Under the pieces are notes generated by a model that saw nothing but the letters and a program-made list of their open reading frames with translations, was not told the origin of the DNA and made no database searches. A stretch of 64,000 bases of DNA from Armatimonadota bacterium. GTDB lineage: Bacteria; Armatimonadota; SYMT01. The DNA is taken from NCBI GenBank assembly GCA_041690135.1, contig JAWLHY010000014.1, positions 78,150-142,149 of the forward strand. The letters run 5' to 3'. Numbering within the stretch: the stretch's first letter is position 1; each line of letters opens with the position of its first letter. Made by a program: the position numbers and the translations under genes. Shown here in pieces: positions 59,059 through 64,000 of this stretch.

Positions 59059-59919
59059 TCAGGGCACGGCCGCGGGGGTGCGTGGGCAGGGCTCCTTCTC
59101 GGGGAAGGTGTGGACCGGCGGGTTGGGCCTCCGGGGGGCCGGACGTCCCGCGCCGCCATCGGGACCGCCGGGCCCTTCCCGGCCCGGTAGTCCCCGGCCG
59201 CCACAACCGTCGTTGCCCGCCCAGCCACCTCCAGCCTGCAGGCCGGTCACCAGGTGAAGCACCGACCAGCAAAGCGGCACGAAGAGGATGAAGAGGGTTC
59301 CGACCAGGTGGGCCCAGCTCCACGCGCCGCCGGGCGTGCGGGCGTGCAGGACCGCCGTCCAGGCAATTACCGCCAGGCCGACGGCGCCTGACATCCGCAG
59401 CCAGCGCGCAGTGACGTGGGCGTTCCACCGGGTGCCCAGGTGGGTCCAGGTGAACAGTCCCAGCCACGCCCCCAGGAGCAAGTTCAGGGCGAAAGCATCG
59501 TCGCTGGGAGGCGTATACCCGAGCCGGGCGCCGACCCAGATAACGACACCTGCGAGGAGCGCGACGAGGGCGGGGCCCGCGAACATGCCGATGAACGCAT
59601 CGTTCCAGGAGGGATCGTCGGAGAGCCCGGCCTCCCGACGACGGGAAGGAAGGTGTCCGGAGAACTCACGGTCAACGGACCGCAGCCATTCCGCGGTCCA
59701 GGCGTCCTCTACGGCATGTCGGTATGCCCAAAGGACGGTCGCGGTGGCGAGCGCGACCGCCGCCGCGGGAGCCACCCAGGGAGGGACGCTCGGTAAGTGA
59801 CTCAGGAGAAGCGAGCCGGTGAAGGTGATCAGCACCACCAGCGCCAGCCACCAGCCGACCCACCGCAGCAGGCTGCCGGCCTGCCGCCCGATCTCGCGGG
59901 TGAAGGAGCCCCAGTCCAT
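59059..59919 (-). CDS. Integral membrane protein
   Basis: About six hydrophobic segments; GGAGGG RBS. Confidence 0.7.
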   Translation of the reverse strand: MDWGSFTREIGRQAGSLLRWVGWWLALVVLITFTGSLLLSHLPSVPPWVAPAAAVALATATVLWAYRHAVEDAWTAEWLRSVDREFSGHLPSRRREAGLSDDPSWNDAFIGMFAGPALVALLAGVVIWVGARLGYTPPSDDAFALNLLLGAWLGLFTWTHLGTRWNAHVTARWLRMSGAVGLAVIAWTAVLHARTPGGAWSWAHLVGTLFILFVPLCWSVLHLVTGLQAGGGWAGNDGCGGRGLPGREGPGGPDGGAGRPAPRRPNPPVHTFPEKEPCPRTPAAVP

Positions 59920-60142
59920 AGCGCCCTCCTCGTCGGTCTCCCAACGAGCCCTTTGTCAGGAAGATTCGCGCCGGGCCACCGATCTCCTGCCTGTCGTTGT
60001 TCGACCCACACGGGTGGCCGAACCAGGATCGCGAATCCCCGACTGTCGTCGTGACTCCCCCAAGCGTCAAGATCCTATCCGCTACCCATCACGCGAACCA
60101 GGAACAATACTCGCGAGTCTAGGTCAGAGGAGCGTATCCATG

Positions 60143-60180
60143 GGAAAAGGGCCGGCAAGTAGATCTGCCAGCCCTTTTCC
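60143..60180 (-). terminator. Terminator after the DUF1501 gene
   Basis: GGAAAAGGGCTGGCAG-atct-ACTTGCCGGCCCTTTTCC on the minus strand. Confidence 0.6.
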
Positions 60181-60250
60181 CTCATTCTTTCTCTGCGGCC
60201 CTCTTTGCGGCCCTCTGCGGACCTTTGCGTCCTTTGCGGTGAAGGTGTCC

Positions 60251-61570
60251 TTAACCGAAGAGCTCCCGGACCACGTTGCCTTCCGGCGGGTAGACGCGGA
60301 TGGGGCGGCCGGTGCTGGTGGTGTAGGTCGTCTCCGGGTCCACGCCCAGGGCGGAGTAGATGCTGGAGGCGATGTCTTCTACGGAGACAGGGCGCTCGGC
60401 GGGGGTGCTGCCGGTGGCGTCGCTCTTGCCAATCACCTGGCCGCCCTTCACGCCGCCGCCCGCAAAGCAGGCGAAGCGGCAGCGCGGGTAGTGGTCGCGT
60501 CCGCCGCGGGCGTTGATCTTGGGGGTGCGGCCGAACTCGCCCATCAGCACCACGAGGGTCTTCTCCAGCAGGCCGCGCTCCTTCAGGTCGGAGAGCAGGG
60601 CCGCGTAGGCCTGGTCGAGCGGGGGCAGGTTCTGGTTCTTGAGCCGTTCCCAGTTGTTCTGGTGGGTGTCCCAGCCGCCTCGGTTGATGGTGACGAACCG
60701 GGCGCCGGCCTCCACCATACGGCGGGCGAGGAGGGCGCTCTGGCCGTAGGTGTTCCGCCCGTAGGCATCCACGGTGGCGGCAGGCTCGTCGGAGAGCTGC
60801 AGCGCCTTCTTCGCCTTGGCGGAGCTCACCAGGTCGTAGGCCCGCTCGTAGTAGCTGTCCACCGCCTTGAGCCCCTCATCCTGGCGAGTTGCCTCAAACC
60901 GGCCGTTCAGCTTGTCGATGAAGCTGCGGCGGCTGGCCACGCGGTCGCCGTCGACGCCGTTCGGCAGTTCGACGTTCGGGACCCGGAACCGCGGGGAGTT
61001 CGGGTCGCCCACGGGGAACGCGTTGTAGGCATTGCCCAGGAAGCCGGAGCCGCCCCCGCGGCCGGAATTCGGAATGCCCAGGTACGGCGGCAGGTTCTCC
61101 CGCGGCCCCATCTCCTTGGCGATGACCGAGCCAAAGCTGGGATAGGTGAGCACCGGGAGCGGCTTGTAGCCCGTCTGCAGGTAGATCGTCGCCTGCTCGT
61201 GCGCGCCGATGCTGGAGGTGAGGGAGCGAATGATGGCGACCTTGTCCATCTGCTTCGCCGTGTTCGGCAGGTACTCGCTGATCTGGATGCCGTCCACGTT
61301 GGTCCCGATGGCGTTGAACTCGCCGCGGTACTCGGCGGGCGCGTCCGGCTTGGGATCGAAAGTATCGAGGTGGCTCGGCCCGCCCGAGAGCCAGATCATG
61401 ATGCATGCTTCCGCCTTCGGCGCGGCGACGGCCGCTTCGGCTGCCCGCATCCGGAGGAAGTCCGGCAGCGACAGACCCAGGAAGCCGAGGGCGCCCACGG
61501 TAAGGACATCCCGGCGAGTGATCCCATCACAGTCCGGCGTCCGCCGGGTGTTCGAGAACAGGTTTTTCAC
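60251..61570 (-). CDS. DUF1501 protein (Tat signal)
   Basis: TRRDVL; GGPSHLDTFDPKP, GGWDTH, GEFGRTPKIN and GRDHY motifs. Confidence 0.93.
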   Translation of the reverse strand: MKNLFSNTRRTPDCDGITRRDVLTVGALGFLGLSLPDFLRMRAAEAAVAAPKAEACIMIWLSGGPSHLDTFDPKPDAPAEYRGEFNAIGTNVDGIQISEYLPNTAKQMDKVAIIRSLTSSIGAHEQATIYLQTGYKPLPVLTYPSFGSVIAKEMGPRENLPPYLGIPNSGRGGGSGFLGNAYNAFPVGDPNSPRFRVPNVELPNGVDGDRVASRRSFIDKLNGRFEATRQDEGLKAVDSYYERAYDLVSSAKAKKALQLSDEPAATVDAYGRNTYGQSALLARRMVEAGARFVTINRGGWDTHQNNWERLKNQNLPPLDQAYAALLSDLKERGLLEKTLVVLMGEFGRTPKINARGGRDHYPRCRFACFAGGGVKGGQVIGKSDATGSTPAERPVSVEDIASSIYSALGVDPETTYTTSTGRPIRVYPPEGNVVRELFG

Positions 61571-61700
61571 GATTGCACCTCCGGTGGGGCGTTCAGGCTA
61601 TCGGCGTTCAGGTGTTCAGGCGTTCAGGCGTTCAGGCTTTCGGGTCCCAACCTTCAACTTTCAGCTTGAAAACCTTTCAACCTTCCAACCCCCCGCCCGA

Positions 61701-64000
61701 TCAATGGTTAAAGAGAAACTCCTGGGAATTGAGGAGGCTCCACATCAGGTCCTGGGCGCCGGCCTCGCGGCTGGCGGCTTCCTTCAGCAGCGCCTGGGCA
61801 TCGGACTGGTCCTGCGGCGTGGGGCGGCGGCTCACGCCGGCGAGGAAGATCTCTTCGATCAGCTCCGCGTCGCTCTTGCCTTCCGCCAGCAGCTTCTCCA
61901 GGCGACCGCCGCGGGCGGCAATCTTGTTGTTAACGAGGTCGCCGTTCAGCAGGAGCAGCGCCTGGCCGATGTTGCCGTCCACGGTCCGCTCGCATTCGCA
62001 CACGATTTCGCGGCGGGGCCGGCCGAAAGCGTCGAGGAATTGCCCCAGCGCGCCGGGAGCCGCCGGCGTGGGGACTTTCACCGCCCTGGTAACGTCGGTC
62101 TCCACGTAGCCTTTCCGGATGGTCTGGAGGTTGACCTGATTCGCGCCGCGCCGGCGGTTGCGCCGCTGATCGGCCAGCACGAACTGGCCAGTGGCCTGGC
62201 TGATGCTGTCGTAGAGCTGCTCGGCTGAGAGGCGTCGCGGGTAAGCACGGGCGTAGTTCGTGGTATCTTCCCGGTTGAACTCGTTCTGGCTCGAGGAAAG
62301 CTGGTAGACCTGCGAGTTGAGGATGGTCCGCGCCAGGTGCTTCATGTCGAACTTGTGGGTGACCAGCTCTTTCGCCAGCGCATCCAGGAGTTCCGGGTTC
62401 GACGGCGGATTGGTTACCCGCATGTCATCGACCGGCTCCACGACTCCCCGGCCCAGGAAGTGCGCCCAGATGCGGTTGGCGATGTTGCGGGCGAAGAACG
62501 GGTTCTCCGGCGCGGTGATCCAGGCCGCCAGCGCTTCCCGTCGGTCCGGTCCCGTCCCCTGGGGGAGGGTGCCGTCCAGGAAGCGAGGCTCCATCACCTC
62601 GTTCGTCTTGGGGTGGCGAACGATGGCCACGCCACGAACCCGCCGGGCCTGCTTCCGCTTCCGGCCCTTCACGACCACCGGTTCCGGCGCAGGCTCGGGC
62701 GCCACCACGGCGCCGGGGCCCTGGCGTCCAGACCGCAGGATGCGCACGCCGGAGAAGTTGGCGGCCAGGCCGTAGTAGTCGTTCTGGGTCCACTTCTCGA
62801 AGGGGTGGTTGTGGCACCGGGCGCACTCCAGCCGCACCCCGAGGAAGACCTGGCTCGCCGCGCTGGTGGTGTCCAGCGGGTTCTGGGTCACCATGTAGAA
62901 GTTGGTGGCCGGGTTGAGCGGGAACTCCATCGCGGGCGAGGGTCCACCCTTCTTGGCCTGCTTCTTGGAGCCGAGCACCTCGTCTCCGTTACGACCGGTC
63001 GCGGTGAGGAGCGCGCGGACGAACTGGTCGGCCGGCACGTTTTTCGCCATCTGCTCGCGGATCCACTCGTGGAACACGAGCACGCCGGGACCCGTGAACT
63101 TGGGGTTGTTGCGGAGCATGTCGCTCCACTTGAGGGTCCACACGTCCGCGTAGTCCGGCCGGTCGAGAAGTTGGTCGATCAGCTTCGCCCGCTTGTCGGG
63201 CGCGGTATCGGCCAGGAAAGTGCGCACCTCTTCGGGCGTGGGGATGATGCCGCACACGTCCAGGTAGACCCGGCGGACAAACTCCTCATCCGACGCGGTC
63301 TGCGAGGGCAGGACCTTCAGCCGCTGGAGCTTGTTGAACACCACCTCGTCGATAAAGTTGCGGCGGGCCGGCCAGTGGGCTGCCTTCGGCAGGGCACGGT
63401 CGGTGAGGACCGCCACCCGGGCCACGGCGACCTGTCCCAGGTGCCGCACCATGATCGCAGTTTCGCCCGGCGCCTTGCTGCTCACGGTGCCCTGGTCGGA
63501 GACGTCCGCCACCGAGTCGTCGTTGGAGTCGAACATCGCCTGCTCGGTGACGTCGAGGGTGGTGCCGTCGGACATCTGCGCCGTTACCAGCAGTCGCTGC
63601 GTGGTCCCCTTGCGGGCCAGCCAGCGCTCCGCCGGGGTGACGGTGATTCCCTGCACCCGCGCCTCCAACTCGCCGATGCCCTTCGCGCCCTGCTGGATCC
63701 AGGCCAGGAGCGTCCGGTAATCGGGAGAGTCGGCTTTAAACCGCACGCCGCCGGCGTGGGGGACGATTCCCAGCGGCTTCTGAAGCGCCAGACTCTTTGC
63801 CGGGTCCTTCGGGTCGATGCGCGGATTCTCACCTCCGGTCAGTGCCGGATGGTCGAGGTCCGGCTCGTAGCCGAAGAGGGAGAGCTTGAGACCCCCCTTG
63901 CCCGCAGGAGAGCCGTGGCAGGAGCTGCCGTTGCACCCCGCCTTGCTGAGGATCGGCATGACGTCGTTGACGAAGCTGATCGGGCTGGGTTCTTCCGCGC
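61701..64000 (-). CDS. DUF1549/DUF1553 protein with Ig-like domain (5' end outside the window)
   Basis: CNGSSCHG, FVRRVYLD, CARCHNHPF, NRIWAHFLGRG, NPELLDALA, RRLSAEQ and EFLFNH motifs; frame open to the window edge. Confidence 0.92.
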   Translation of the reverse strand, partial: AEEPSPISFVNDVMPILSKAGCNGSSCHGSPAGKGGLKLSLFGYEPDLDHPALTGGENPRIDPKDPAKSLALQKPLGIVPHAGGVRFKADSPDYRTLLAWIQQGAKGIGELEARVQGITVTPAERWLARKGTTQRLLVTAQMSDGTTLDVTEQAMFDSNDDSVADVSDQGTVSSKAPGETAIMVRHLGQVAVARVAVLTDRALPKAAHWPARRNFIDEVVFNKLQRLKVLPSQTASDEEFVRRVYLDVCGIIPTPEEVRTFLADTAPDKRAKLIDQLLDRPDYADVWTLKWSDMLRNNPKFTGPGVLVFHEWIREQMAKNVPADQFVRALLTATGRNGDEVLGSKKQAKKGGPSPAMEFPLNPATNFYMVTQNPLDTTSAASQVFLGVRLECARCHNHPFEKWTQNDYYGLAANFSGVRILRSGRQGPGAVVAPEPAPEPVVVKGRKRKQARRVRGVAIVRHPKTNEVMEPRFLDGTLPQGTGPDRREALAAWITAPENPFFARNIANRIWAHFLGRGVVEPVDDMRVTNPPSNPELLDALAKELVTHKFDMKHLARTILNSQVYQLSSSQNEFNREDTTNYARAYPRRLSAEQLYDSISQATGQFVLADQRRNRRRGANQVNLQTIRKGYVETDVTRAVKVPTPAAPGALGQFLDAFGRPRREIVCECERTVDGNIGQALLLLNGDLVNNKIAARGGRLEKLLAEGKSDAELIEEIFLAGVSRRPTPQDQSDAQALLKEAASREAGAQDLMWSLLNSQEFLFNH

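Noticed and set aside
59819-61669. 616-aa plus-strand ORF
   Set aside because: Antisense to the DUF1501 gene and runs through repeats.

Overview
High-GC bacterial chromosomal window. The gene repertoire (Uma2 nucleases, DUF1501 and DUF1549/DUF1553 proteins, SpoIID, Rex, PilT/PilU, STN-like secreted proteins) suggests Armatimonadota or a similar soil lineage; this is inference only. Family names come from recognised motifs, not database searches. I found no rRNA, tRNA, cas gene or transposase. The centrepiece is a ~20 kb plus-strand cluster (22.2-42.2 kb) resembling the uncharacterised E. coli molR/yehI-yehL-yehM-yehP-yehQ locus. It encodes a WGR+DUF4132 protein, a second DUF4132 paralogue, a MoxR/YehL AAA+ ATPase, DUF5682, VWA and double-SWIM proteins. 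Interleaved are a Uma2 nuclease, a PIN toxin-antitoxin pair, two small paralogous membrane proteins and a 1068-aa orphan. It is a candidate conflict/defence system. Two core genes carry in-frame mosaics built from the genome's intergenic 6-8-mer and REP-type repeats. Other observations: a 6S-like rod RNA behind a near-consensus sigma70 promoter, upstream of an ECF sigma/anti-sigma/HtrA operon; a secreted GH99-like domain lacking both catalytic glutamates; an RHH-like gene split by an in-frame TAG; a TetR-sigma cassette with a visible operator; and several REP/REPIN-like and short tandem repeat families.
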